A DNA stretch of 28,109 bases from an uncultured Methanosarcinales archaeon. Lineage in GTDB: Archaea; Nanobdellota; Nanobdellia; Woesearchaeales; GW2011-AR4. Of the stretch, positions 6,846 to 15,607 are shown one piece after another; position 1 is the first letter of the stretch; each line of letters begins with the position of its first letter. The stretch lies in NCBI GenBank assembly GCA_964359525.1, contig CAYHTH010000001.1, positions 1 to 28,109 of the forward strand, in the 5' to 3' direction. The notes beneath the pieces are model-generated. The model had not been told where the DNA came from and searched no databases. It saw only the letters and a list, made by a program, of their open reading frames with translations. A program made the translations under genes and the position numbers.

Positions 6846-9266
6846 TCACTTTTTTCTAAGTTTCTTTTCAGCTTCAGCTATGGTTACAGTAGTTTTAATG
6901 ACTGTATCTGGATTTAGCGATATGCTATCAATACCACACTTAACTAAAAATTCTGCAAATTCAGGCCACTGACTAGGTGCTTGCCCGCAGATTCCTATCT
7001 TAACACCGTTTCTTTTGCATTTATGTATAACTTCCCATACCATCCTCTTTACTGCCGGATTTCTTTCATCATACAATCTGCTGACCAATTCTGAATCCCT
7101 ATCCAATCCTAAAGTCAACTGCGTCAAATCATTCGAACCTATTGAAAATCCGTCAAAGATTTTTGCGAAATCATCAGCCAGAACGACATTCGAAGGAATC
7201 TCGCACATCACATAAATCTCAAGCCCATTCTTGCCCTGCACTAATCCATATTTTTTCATCTCGGCAACAACTGATTTTCCTTCGTCAACGGTTCTGCAGA
7301 ATGGAATCATTAATTTAATATTATTCAAACCCATTTCTTCCCGTGCTTTCTTCATAGCCATGCATTCCAATCCAAAAGCTTCGCGGTAATTTCCGGTGTA
7401 ATATCTTGAAGCTCCTCTCCATCCAATCATGGGATTTTCTTCATGCGGCTCAAATTCGGTTCCGCCAATAAGATTTGCATATTCATTCGATTTGAAATCT
7501 GACATCCTGACAATAACCGGCTTGGGATAGAAAGCAGCTCCGATCATTGCAACTCCCTGCGCCAATTTCTCGACGAAAAAATCAACTCTGCTCTTGTAAG
7601 AATAAGTCAAATCGTCAATAGCCTGTTTTACTTTTATATCTTTTAATTTGTCGTAATGCAGCAGCGCAAGCGGATGAACTTTTATGTAGGAGCTGATGAT
7701 AAATTCTTCTCTTGCCAATCCAACTCCGTCATTTGGAATGAAAGAAAACTCAAAAGCGCTGTCTGGATTGCCAACGTTCATCATAATCATTGTCTTTGGC
7801 CTGCTCAATTTTTTCAAATCAATTTTCCTGATGTCAAATTTCAGCCTGCCTTTGTAGACTTTTCCGATCTCGCCCTCAGCGCAGCATACAGTTACATCAG
7901 TTCCCGTCTTTACAAGTTCAGTTCCATTTTCAGTGCCGACGATTGCAGGAATTCCAAGCTCTCTTGCAATTATTGCTGCATGCGCCGTTCTGCCGCCCCT
8001 GTTTGTGACAATGGCAGAAGCAATTTTCATTATTGGTTCCCAATCTGGGTCTGTTTTTTCTGTAATCAGAATTTCTCCCGGCTTGAAGCTTCCAATATCT
8101 TTGGCATCTTTTATGACACGCGCCTTTCCAGTTCCTATTTTCATTCCAACGCTTAACCCTGAAATTATAGCTTGTCCTTTTTCTTTCAAAAAGTATTCTT
8201 CAAGGATATTGAAATTTCTCTGGCTCTGGACAGTTTCAGGGCGGGCCTGAACAATAAACAGTTCTCCCGTAACTCCGTCTTTTGCCCATTCCATATCCAT
8301 GGGCTTGAATTTTTTTGCTTTCGCAGAATAATAATCTTCAATGATGCACGCCCACTTTGCAAGCCTTAAAATCTCGCCGTCATTCAGCACAAATTTGAAT
8401 CTTGCCTCATACGGCACATCAACATTTTCAGTCGAATGCTTGATTCCATGCTCGCTGTAAATCATCTTGATTTTCTTGCTTCCGAGTTTCTTGCTCAGAA
8501 TCGGCTTGAATCCTTTTTTCAAAGTCGGCTTGAAAACATAAAATTGGTCTGGATTGACAGCACCCAGGACGACATTTTCCCCAAGGCCGTAAGCGCCGTT
8601 AATCAGCACAGCATCCTTGAATCCGCTCTCCGTATCAATTGAAAACATAACCCCGGAACATGCTTTATCGCTCCTTACCATTTTCTGGACTCCAATTGAC
8701 AGCGCAACTTTAAAATGGTCAAAATGCCTGTCAACACGATAAGAAATTGCCCTGTTGGTGAACAATGAAGCAAAACATTTCTTGCACGCTTCTATCAATG
8801 CACGCTCGCCCCTTATGTTCAGGTAAGTCTCCTGCTGGCCTGCAAAGCTTGCATCCGGCAAATCTTCCGCAGTTGCTGAGCTTCTGACCGCAACATCAGT
8901 ATTAGGGCCATATTCCCTGCACAGTTTCTTGTAAGATGTAAAAATTTCAGCTGTGAGCTCTTTTGGAAATTCCGCTTTCAGGATAATCTCGCGCACTTTT
9001 CTTCCCCTTTCGCTCAGATTTTTCATATTTGAAGTATCCAGTCCTCCAATAACTCTTTTTATCTCATCTTTGATTTTTGCTTTTTCCAGAAGATAATCAT
9101 AAGCATAAGCAGTAACTGCAAATCCGTTTGGAATTTTAACTCCTTTGCCTGTCAGATTCCTGTACATCTCTCCCAAAGAAGCATTCTTGCCCCCGACAAG
9201 AGGGACATCTTCAATTCCAAGCTCATTAAACCATAGAACAAACTTTTTTGACCTGTCTGATTTCAA
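6846..9266 (-). CDS. ppsA: Phosphoenolpyruvate synthase (pyruvate, water dikinase)
   Basis: VGGKNASLGEM, VRSSATAED, GGRTAHAAI phospho-His loop, GICGQAPS. Start reassigned to TTG at 9266, 5 nt after GAGGTG. Confidence 0.96.
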   Translation of the reverse strand: MKSDRSKKFVLWFNELGIEDVPLVGGKNASLGEMYRNLTGKGVKIPNGFAVTAYAYDYLLEKAKIKDEIKRVIGGLDTSNMKNLSERGRKVREIILKAEFPKELTAEIFTSYKKLCREYGPNTDVAVRSSATAEDLPDASFAGQQETYLNIRGERALIEACKKCFASLFTNRAISYRVDRHFDHFKVALSIGVQKMVRSDKACSGVMFSIDTESGFKDAVLINGAYGLGENVVLGAVNPDQFYVFKPTLKKGFKPILSKKLGSKKIKMIYSEHGIKHSTENVDVPYEARFKFVLNDGEILRLAKWACIIEDYYSAKAKKFKPMDMEWAKDGVTGELFIVQARPETVQSQRNFNILEEYFLKEKGQAIISGLSVGMKIGTGKARVIKDAKDIGSFKPGEILITEKTDPDWEPIMKIASAIVTNRGGRTAHAAIIARELGIPAIVGTENGTELVKTGTDVTVCCAEGEIGKVYKGRLKFDIRKIDLKKLSRPKTMIMMNVGNPDSAFEFSFIPNDGVGLAREEFIISSYIKVHPLALLHYDKLKDIKVKQAIDDLTYSYKSRVDFFVEKLAQGVAMIGAAFYPKPVIVRMSDFKSNEYANLIGGTEFEPHEENPMIGWRGASRYYTGNYREAFGLECMAMKKAREEMGLNNIKLMIPFCRTVDEGKSVVAEMKKYGLVQGKNGLEIYVMCEIPSNVVLADDFAKIFDGFSIGSNDLTQLTLGLDRDSELVSRLYDERNPAVKRMVWEVIHKCKRNGVKIGICGQAPSQWPEFAEFLVKCGIDSISLNPDTVIKTTVTIAEAEKKLRKK

Positions 9267-9382
9267 AATATACACCTCTATTTTTTGTAAGATTATATTT
9301 TTTTGTTTATTTAAAGGTATCGAAATTAAAGAAACAGCAATAATTTTAAATATGCCGTCCACTACTGCACTTTGTGAATTAA

Positions 9383-9691
9383 ATGTCAAACTTCGTAAGA
9401 GTCGCAAGCATCTCAGATTTGAATCCGGGAGAGAACAAAGTCGTATTTATTGAAGGCGAAGAAATAGCATTGTTCAACATCGATGGAGAATTCTTCGCGA
9501 TATCCAACGCATGCCCGCATCAGGGAGGCCCCCTTAGAGAGGGTTCTCTTGAAGGGGATGTCATAACCTGCCCCCTACACGGCTGGAGATTTAACGTAAA
9601 GAACGGAATAAATGCAGTAATGCCAAATATAAAAGTTCCATGCTATCAGGTTAAGGTTGAAGGCCAGAATATTCTTGTGTCATTGGATTAA
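9383..9691 (+). CDS. Rieske [2Fe-2S] ferredoxin (NirD-like)
   Basis: CPHQGGPL and CPLHGWRF Rieske boxes; 102 aa. Confidence 0.93.
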   Translation: MSNFVRVASISDLNPGENKVVFIEGEEIALFNIDGEFFAISNACPHQGGPLREGSLEGDVITCPLHGWRFNVKNGINAVMPNIKVPCYQVKVEGQNILVSLD

Positions 9692-9786
9692 AAATAAATT
9701 TATAGTGGCAGAAGTAAATAATTAATAGATTATTTGTATCCGGCATTATAACAAAGTTTTTATTCTCCGATTCCGCTTATTTATTT

Positions 9787-10422
9787 ATGTCATCAAAAGA
9801 GCATTTAATTGAGCATTGGACTTCTTTAGGCACAATAAAAGACAAAAAAGTAATAGAAGCATTCAGAAAAGTCCCGAGAGATGCATTCCTAAAAGACAGA
9901 AAAGAAGAGGCTTACGGAGATTACCCTCTTCCGATCGGGGAAGGCCAGACAATTTCCCAGCCTACGACTGTAATGCTGATGACAGAGGCATTGGAATTGA
10001 AAGAAGGCCATAAAGTTCTTGAAGTCGGCTCTGGCTCAGGTTATCAGGCAGCAATTATATCAAAGATTATAGGAAACAAAGGAAAATTAATTTCAACAGA
10101 GATAATTCCGGAATTAGCTGAATTTGCAAAAAACAATATTAAGAAATTAAAAATAAAAAATATAGAAATAATAAAGCATGACGGCTCAAAAGGCTATGCA
10201 AAAGGATCCCCTTACGACAGGATTATTGTAACTGCCGCATCTCCTGAAATTCCAAAGCCGTTAATAAAACAATTGAAAGAAAACGGAATCATAATTGTGC
10301 CGGTTGGAAATCTTATCGAACAAATAATGATAAAAGGAATTAAGAAAGACAATAGATTAATCAAAGAAGAAATTGGGCAGTTTATGTTTGTTCCTTTGAA
10401 AGGAAAATATGGCCATAGCTAA
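9787..10422 (+). CDS. pcm: Protein-L-isoaspartate O-methyltransferase
   Basis: LPIGEGQTISQP, VLEVGSGSGYQAA, PYDRIIVTAA, FMFVPL. Confidence 0.96.
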   Translation: MSSKEHLIEHWTSLGTIKDKKVIEAFRKVPRDAFLKDRKEEAYGDYPLPIGEGQTISQPTTVMLMTEALELKEGHKVLEVGSGSGYQAAIISKIIGNKGKLISTEIIPELAEFAKNNIKKLKIKNIEIIKHDGSKGYAKGSPYDRIIVTAASPEIPKPLIKQLKENGIIIVPVGNLIEQIMIKGIKKDNRLIKEEIGQFMFVPLKGKYGHS

Positions 10423-11402
10423 ATTTTCTTCTTGATAATTTTAACCCTGAATTTTTTCATTATTTTCATCGCTTCTTTGTAGCTCAGCAGAATATTTTTA
10501 GCGCCATAATGCGATACAACAGACTGCGCGTTTATAATTCCAAGCTTGATTGCAAATTCTGTGTCCTTATTTTTCAAAAGCCCGCATAAAAATGAAGATG
10601 CAAAAGCGTCTCCTGCCCCGGTTGCGTCAACTATTCTTACCGGAGGCGGAAATGCAGAATAAATGTGCAAATCATCAATTACATATAAATTATTTTTTCC
10701 GTCTGTTATAACGGCAATTTTTGGCCCAAGCCTTTTGAGCTTGACAAGAAGATTGTCAAATGAATCCCTGCCGACGAGCAGTTCAGCTTCCTCTTTGTTC
10801 AAAATTAATAATTCCGTTTTGCTTAAGATATTTTTCAGATATCTGCTTCCTTTTTCAGCAAGATAAGTGCTTGGGTTAAATGCTATTTTTATTTTATTTT
10901 TTTGTGCAAATTCAGCAATTTTTTCTAAAGTATGAAAAGACTCGCCCATCATTGCGCTGAAATAAAACCATTTTGTCTTCAATTTTCTGAACGGAATATC
11001 TTCAGCTTTCAATTCGTCATTGATCCCTTTGTAAGCCAAAATTGTCCTGTCATGGTCCAGAGCATCTAAAATAATCGAATAGCCGGCATTTCCTTTTCCA
11101 TGCGCGCACAATAAATCAATTTTCTCATTCATCAAATTTTTATGTATGAAATCCGAATTTGTGCCTTCCCCCAATTTTCCGAGAAATCCGACTTTATGCC
11201 CGAGCCTTGACAAAGCAACAGCAGTATTCGTGCCTCCGCCTCCGGCAGTGAATTCCAAATCATCTATCAGTATTTTCGACCCGCTTGGAAACGCAAGCAA
11301 ATCAGTTTCCCCTTTAGGGTCTATTATCTTTATCAGTTCTGAGAAATGCGTTTTCGCGAAAACATCGACAGTAGCGCTGCCAACTGTAATTACATCGTAC
11401 AT
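10419..11402 (-). CDS. PfkB/ribokinase-family carbohydrate kinase
   Basis: GGGGTNTAVALSRLG and DATGAGDAF PfkB signatures. ATG at 11402 (track start TTG 11411). Confidence 0.92.
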   Translation of the reverse strand: MYDVITVGSATVDVFAKTHFSELIKIIDPKGETDLLAFPSGSKILIDDLEFTAGGGGTNTAVALSRLGHKVGFLGKLGEGTNSDFIHKNLMNEKIDLLCAHGKGNAGYSIILDALDHDRTILAYKGINDELKAEDIPFRKLKTKWFYFSAMMGESFHTLEKIAEFAQKNKIKIAFNPSTYLAEKGSRYLKNILSKTELLILNKEEAELLVGRDSFDNLLVKLKRLGPKIAVITDGKNNLYVIDDLHIYSAFPPPVRIVDATGAGDAFASSFLCGLLKNKDTEFAIKLGIINAQSVVSHYGAKNILLSYKEAMKIMKKFRVKIIKKKI

Positions 11403-11452
11403 AAATTTCAACTTGAATTAGCAGTTTATATAGTTTGTTGTTTTTAAATTTC

Positions 11453-12490
11453 TCAAAAACTTATCTTATCCAGAATTTCATGCGCATTTGCTGCGTTCAA
11501 ATATTTCTCAATATTTTTGTTTCTCAATTTTACCAAAAACATTGTTTTCAGCGATTCTTTTTCCTGATTTGAAGCCCGTGCAATTCTGTCAGCTTCAACC
11601 AGCCCGTAAGGATAGCCGACAAATATCGGGTCGCAGCAGTTTGATGCAATTTCATTTATTACTTCCTCCGCCGCCATTTTCTGCACATTAAATATTTCAA
11701 GCCTGAAAACGTGTTTTGATTTTGCATTGAACTTTGCAAAAAACATTTCTGCTTTATGATTATAGCTGTTTATTTCAGCAATCGGATGGTAAAACCACAC
11801 CGGAAGTTTTGAAATGCTCATCAGCACAGCGCTCAAAAGATTTCCATTATCTGTAAACAAAGAATTTGTCTTGCTGATTGCACTTAGAATGACATTATTT
11901 TTAGTGCAGGATTCATACAAATCATTCAAATATTTATTTTCATTGGTCATGGTGCTTTGAAGGTTTCCATCCAGAACTATAACATCAGCCGATTTGCTGT
12001 CGCTTACTGATTTGGCCATTTTAAGCTCGACAAACCTCCTTATCGCATTGGCTGCGCTGCTTATCTCCGCCCGGTTTATCCCGTTCATCAGAGTGTGGTC
12101 AAAAGAGCTGAAAGACATTTCATCAATATTTATTAAATTTCCTGCGCTGAAAAAAGATGCCTGGTAGCATATCTCATTATTTTCATTTACCGCTTTGATA
12201 AAAGCAAAAATATCAAATTTTTTCGCATTTATTTTTTTATTGTTTTGGTAAATAACACAGCAAACTCTTATCAAATTAAGCGAAAAATTAGCAGAGCCTA
12301 TTATTTCAGCATTTCCGCCGTCAACAAAAGCAATTTTTTTATAAGAATTTGATTTTTTTATTTCATGAAAATTTTTAACGTCAATCTTATACGCGCGGTA
12401 TCCTTCCCCGGAAAATTTAGGATACATCTCCGTCAATAAGGATTTTTCATCTATGGATTCCAGAATCTTCTCAATGACTTCGTCGAACAT
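11453..12490 (-). CDS. nurA: NurA-family nuclease
   Basis: AFVDGGN, VLDGNL, ISKT and GYPYGLVEADRIAR match the NurA motif order. Confidence 0.8.
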   Translation of the reverse strand: MFDEVIEKILESIDEKSLLTEMYPKFSGEGYRAYKIDVKNFHEIKKSNSYKKIAFVDGGNAEIIGSANFSLNLIRVCCVIYQNNKKINAKKFDIFAFIKAVNENNEICYQASFFSAGNLINIDEMSFSSFDHTLMNGINRAEISSAANAIRRFVELKMAKSVSDSKSADVIVLDGNLQSTMTNENKYLNDLYESCTKNNVILSAISKTNSLFTDNGNLLSAVLMSISKLPVWFYHPIAEINSYNHKAEMFFAKFNAKSKHVFRLEIFNVQKMAAEEVINEIASNCCDPIFVGYPYGLVEADRIARASNQEKESLKTMFLVKLRNKNIEKYLNAANAHEILDKISF

Positions 12491-12530
12491 AGAATATAAA
12501 AATGAGCATTAATTTTTAATCTTATTGGTT

Positions 12531-13523
12531 CTAAACTCCGTAAACTGTCTGCCTTGCGTCGCTGAAATGAGGCGTATTATCAATCAGCTCTTTGTTCATC
12601 AGCAGGGCAAGGGCATATCTCACAGTTCTTTCCGGCAGAAGGGAAGCATCTATCAAATCTTTTTGTGTCATGTTTCCTTCGTGCGCTAATATTTTATAAA
12701 CGAGCTTTGCGCTTGCCGGCAAATCTTTCAGCTTGCTTATATTTGTGTGGATAGTCCTTTTTTTCAGCCTGCTTTCCAGCTGGTATTCCTTCGAGAAAAT
12801 CACAAAATTTGCGCCGTAAGGCGATTTCTCAATTATTAATTCGCCAGAATGCACAGGCATTCTCACTTCTCCATCAATTATTAATGTTGGATTAGACCCT
12901 TCAATATCTTTGATTTTTATTTTTGTGTTATCTGACACAACAAGCGGGGAATGCTTTTCAAGAGAGGAAATGGAAGTTATGGTAAAAATATTCGGCTCAT
13001 CCAAAACAATTGGGCCTCCGGCAGACAAGGAATATCCGGTGCTTCCAGTCGGTGTAGCAACAACTATCCCATCGCTTGAATCCCTCCGAAATATTTCATC
13101 ATTTAATACCAAAGAATACTCAAGCAGCGACGCGCTTTTTGATGAAAACAAGCCGATATCATTTAGCGCAATAGAAGTTGTTATTTTATCGAACCTTGCA
13201 ATCAGTCTTGACCTCTTAAAAATTGTATACTTTTTTTTCTTTATCAGGTTAAGATAATGCTTCAAATTAAGCGCATTTGCCTGTGCAAGAAAACTTTGGC
13301 TTGATCCGGCAGCAAAAAGGGGAATCTGCGATTTTCCAAGCTTCCTGAATGTTTCAAGAATAAATCTGTCATCCCCGATCGCTATTGCAATCTCATATTC
13401 ATTTTTTGCTGCGGTAATTTCTTTTTCAAAATCATATTTCAGCTTGTTTTCTCTCAGATAAGATAATGCAATTTTTGCAAGTTCTGCTGATTGCCTGTCC
13501 GCCTTGGAGATTACAAGATACAT
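12531..13523 (-). CDS. NAD-kinase-like domain fused to a C-terminal winged HTH
   Basis: ALNDIG, DGIVVATPTGSTGYSLSAGGP, IDGE are NAD kinase motifs; GDDRF stands where GGDGT is expected; C-terminal LPASAKLVYKILAHEGNMTQKDLIDASLLPERTVRYALALL...DARQTVY is a winged HTH. Confidence 0.88.
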   Translation of the reverse strand: MYLVISKADRQSAELAKIALSYLRENKLKYDFEKEITAAKNEYEIAIAIGDDRFILETFRKLGKSQIPLFAAGSSQSFLAQANALNLKHYLNLIKKKKYTIFKRSRLIARFDKITTSIALNDIGLFSSKSASLLEYSLVLNDEIFRRDSSDGIVVATPTGSTGYSLSAGGPIVLDEPNIFTITSISSLEKHSPLVVSDNTKIKIKDIEGSNPTLIIDGEVRMPVHSGELIIEKSPYGANFVIFSKEYQLESRLKKRTIHTNISKLKDLPASAKLVYKILAHEGNMTQKDLIDASLLPERTVRYALALLMNKELIDNTPHFSDARQTVYGV

Positions 13524-13567
13524 ACGGCAGAGTAAAATAAATTAATTAATATATCTTTCTATTTATA

Positions 13568-13580
13568 GGCAAAATTTGCC
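13568..13580. promoter_or_regulatory. Palindrome GGCAAA-A-TTTGCC, candidate operator in the divergent NADK-HTH/nadA promoter region
   Basis: Perfect 6-bp arms abutting minus-strand TATAAAT (13561-13567). Confidence 0.4.
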
Positions 13581-13653
13581 GCTTTTTATGATTCTTAATA
13601 ATTACATTGCCTCTTCAATTAGATATATAAATAGGATAACTCTAACCGGGTTA

Positions 13654-14601
13654 ATGGAAAGCAGATTAATGGCGGAAACTATAATGCAGGATGAGCAGAA
13701 GCTTATAGACTTGGTTCTGGAACTAAAAAAACAGAGAAATGCAGTAATTCTCGTCCATAACTATCAAAGGCCAGAAATGTTCAAAATTGCCGATTATATG
13801 GGAGACTCTCTCGGATTGTCTGTCGCAGCTGCAAAAACCGAAGCCGATGTAATTCTTTTTTGCGGCGTTAAATTCATGGCTGAAACTGCAAAAGTTCTCA
13901 GCCCGGGCAAAATAGTTTTACTGCCGAATCTTGATGCAGGATGCTCGCTCGCAGATATGGCAACTGTTGAAAAATTAAAAGAAGTAAAAAAGCAGTATCC
14001 GGATGCTGCCGTTGTAAGTTATGTCAATACAACTGCAGAGGTAAAGGCAATTTCAGACATTTGCTGCACTTCTGCCAATGCAGTTGAAGTTGTAAATTCA
14101 CTGCCAAACAAACGAGTTATATTCCTTCCGGACAAGAATCTCGGAAGATACGTGCAGGAGCACACCGATAAAGAAATAATTTTATGGGACGGCTATTGTT
14201 TTGTGCACGACAATCTTGATGCAAACACTTTGATAGAATTCAAGCAGAGATACCCTGACGCTAAAATAATCGCGCATCCTGAATGCAAAGATGAATTATT
14301 AAAATTATCAGATCACATCTGCGGCACAGGAGGCATGGCTAAGTTTGCAAAATCCGACGGCTCCAAGAATTTTATTGTAGTAACAGAATGCGGCATGACC
14401 GATAAATTAAGGCAGGACGTTCCTGAAAAAAATTTCCTTTCCTTCTGCAATGTATGCCCGTACATGAAATCTACAACTCTTCCATTAGTTGCCAGGGCAC
14501 TGATTACAAACCAAAATGAGATAACTCTGCCAGAAAATATAATAAGAGGCGCGCGAAAAGCAATAGACAGGATGCTGGCAGTTTCGAAAAATGCTGCCTA
14601 G
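13654..14601 (+). CDS. nadA: Quinolinate synthase
   Basis: VHNYQ, CGVKFMAE, AGCSLA, CCTSANA, GYCFVH, HPEC, CPYMK. ATG 13654 lies ~25 nt after GATATATAAA; 13669 or 13684 are alternatives. Confidence 0.96.
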   Translation: MESRLMAETIMQDEQKLIDLVLELKKQRNAVILVHNYQRPEMFKIADYMGDSLGLSVAAAKTEADVILFCGVKFMAETAKVLSPGKIVLLPNLDAGCSLADMATVEKLKEVKKQYPDAAVVSYVNTTAEVKAISDICCTSANAVEVVNSLPNKRVIFLPDKNLGRYVQEHTDKEIILWDGYCFVHDNLDANTLIEFKQRYPDAKIIAHPECKDELLKLSDHICGTGGMAKFAKSDGSKNFIVVTECGMTDKLRQDVPEKNFLSFCNVCPYMKSTTLPLVARALITNQNEITLPENIIRGARKAIDRMLAVSKNAA

Positions 14602-15607
14602 AGATATAGCCGACCAACAAAATCAGTTGACCAATAGTGTTGGCCGGCTAGATAGCGAATCACAGCAAATTCATTCAATTAATTCTGCGATTCGCTATAA
14701 GCTGGTTCTTGAATTCTGGGACAGACATAAGGAATTAAGTATAAAAAATAAAGATTATAGAGAATTTGTTAATAGTCTAATTAGAATCCTACTTAAACAA
14801 GATATCAATAAAGGAGATGCAACAACAAATTCATTAATAAAAAGCAAGAATATTAGCGCAGTAGTTGTTGCAAAAGAAGACGGAATATTGGCTGGCTTGG
14901 AAGAATTTTCTTTGATTAACAAAGATTTAAAATTAAAATTTTTTAAGAAAGATGGGGGTAAAATAAAAGAAGGAGAAATATTGCTGGAAATAAACGGAGA
15001 TTCCGGAAAGATTCTTGAAAGAGAAAGGGTTTTATTAAATTTGCTGCAAAGAATGAGCGGCATTTCAACATTAGTTTCAAAACTAAATAAAGAATTAAAA
15101 AATAAAATAAAATTGGCTGCAACCAGAAAAACTTTATGGGGTTTGCTTGATAAAAAAGCAGTCAGCATCGGCGGTGGATTGACGCACAGGCTAAATTTAA
15201 ATGACAGAATTATAATAAAAGAAAATCATCTAAAAATTCTTGGCAATAATATAGGAAATGTAATTAATTCAGTTAAATTCAAATCAAAATATATTGAAAT
15301 TGAAGTCGAGGATAAAAAACAAGCTTTTACAGCGGCAAAAGCAATAACAAAAATCATGGAAAATAAAAAACTCAGAAACAATCAAATTTTTGCTATGATG
15401 TTTGATAAAATTCCACCGGAAGAAATTAAATCAATAATTAATAAGTTTAAAAATGAAAGAATATATGATAAAATTTTATTTGAAGCATCTGGAAATATAA
15501 ATGAGAATAATCTAACAAATTACATAGATTGCGGAGTGGATATTATTTCCATGGGCTCGATGACAAACTCTGCAAAAATACTGAATATGTCGCTTGAAAT
15601 CGGATGA
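14591..15607 (+). CDS. nadC: Nicotinate-nucleotide pyrophosphorylase (quinolinate phosphoribosyltransferase) with extended N-terminus
   Basis: GDATT, ERVLLNLLQRMSGIST, ATRKT, HRLNLND, IKENH, EVE, EASGNI, SMGSMT. Confidence 0.93.
   Translation: MLPRDIADQQNQLTNSVGRLDSESQQIHSINSAIRYKLVLEFWDRHKELSIKNKDYREFVNSLIRILLKQDINKGDATTNSLIKSKNISAVVVAKEDGILAGLEEFSLINKDLKLKFFKKDGGKIKEGEILLEINGDSGKILERERVLLNLLQRMSGISTLVSKLNKELKNKIKLAATRKTLWGLLDKKAVSIGGGLTHRLNLNDRIIIKENHLKILGNNIGNVINSVKFKSKYIEIEVEDKKQAFTAAKAITKIMENKKLRNNQIFAMMFDKIPPEEIKSIINKFKNERIYDKILFEASGNINENNLTNYIDCGVDIISMGSMTNSAKILNMSLEIG
14606..14698. repeat. Tandem-hairpin element, copy in the nadC 5' region
   Basis: TAGCCGACCAACA 14607-14619 / TGTTGGCCGGCTA 14638-14650 (13 bp, one A-C, 18-nt loop); ATAGCGAATCACAG 14652-14665 / CTGCGATTCGCTAT 14685-14698 (14 bp, one A-C, 19-nt loop); 93 nt; starts with ATAG. 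Confidence 0.85.

Noticed and set aside
9267-9407. 47-aa N-terminal extension of PpsA in the ORF track
   Set aside because: It overlaps the divergent Rieske gene; GAGGTG followed by TTG at 9266 gives a normal-length protein.
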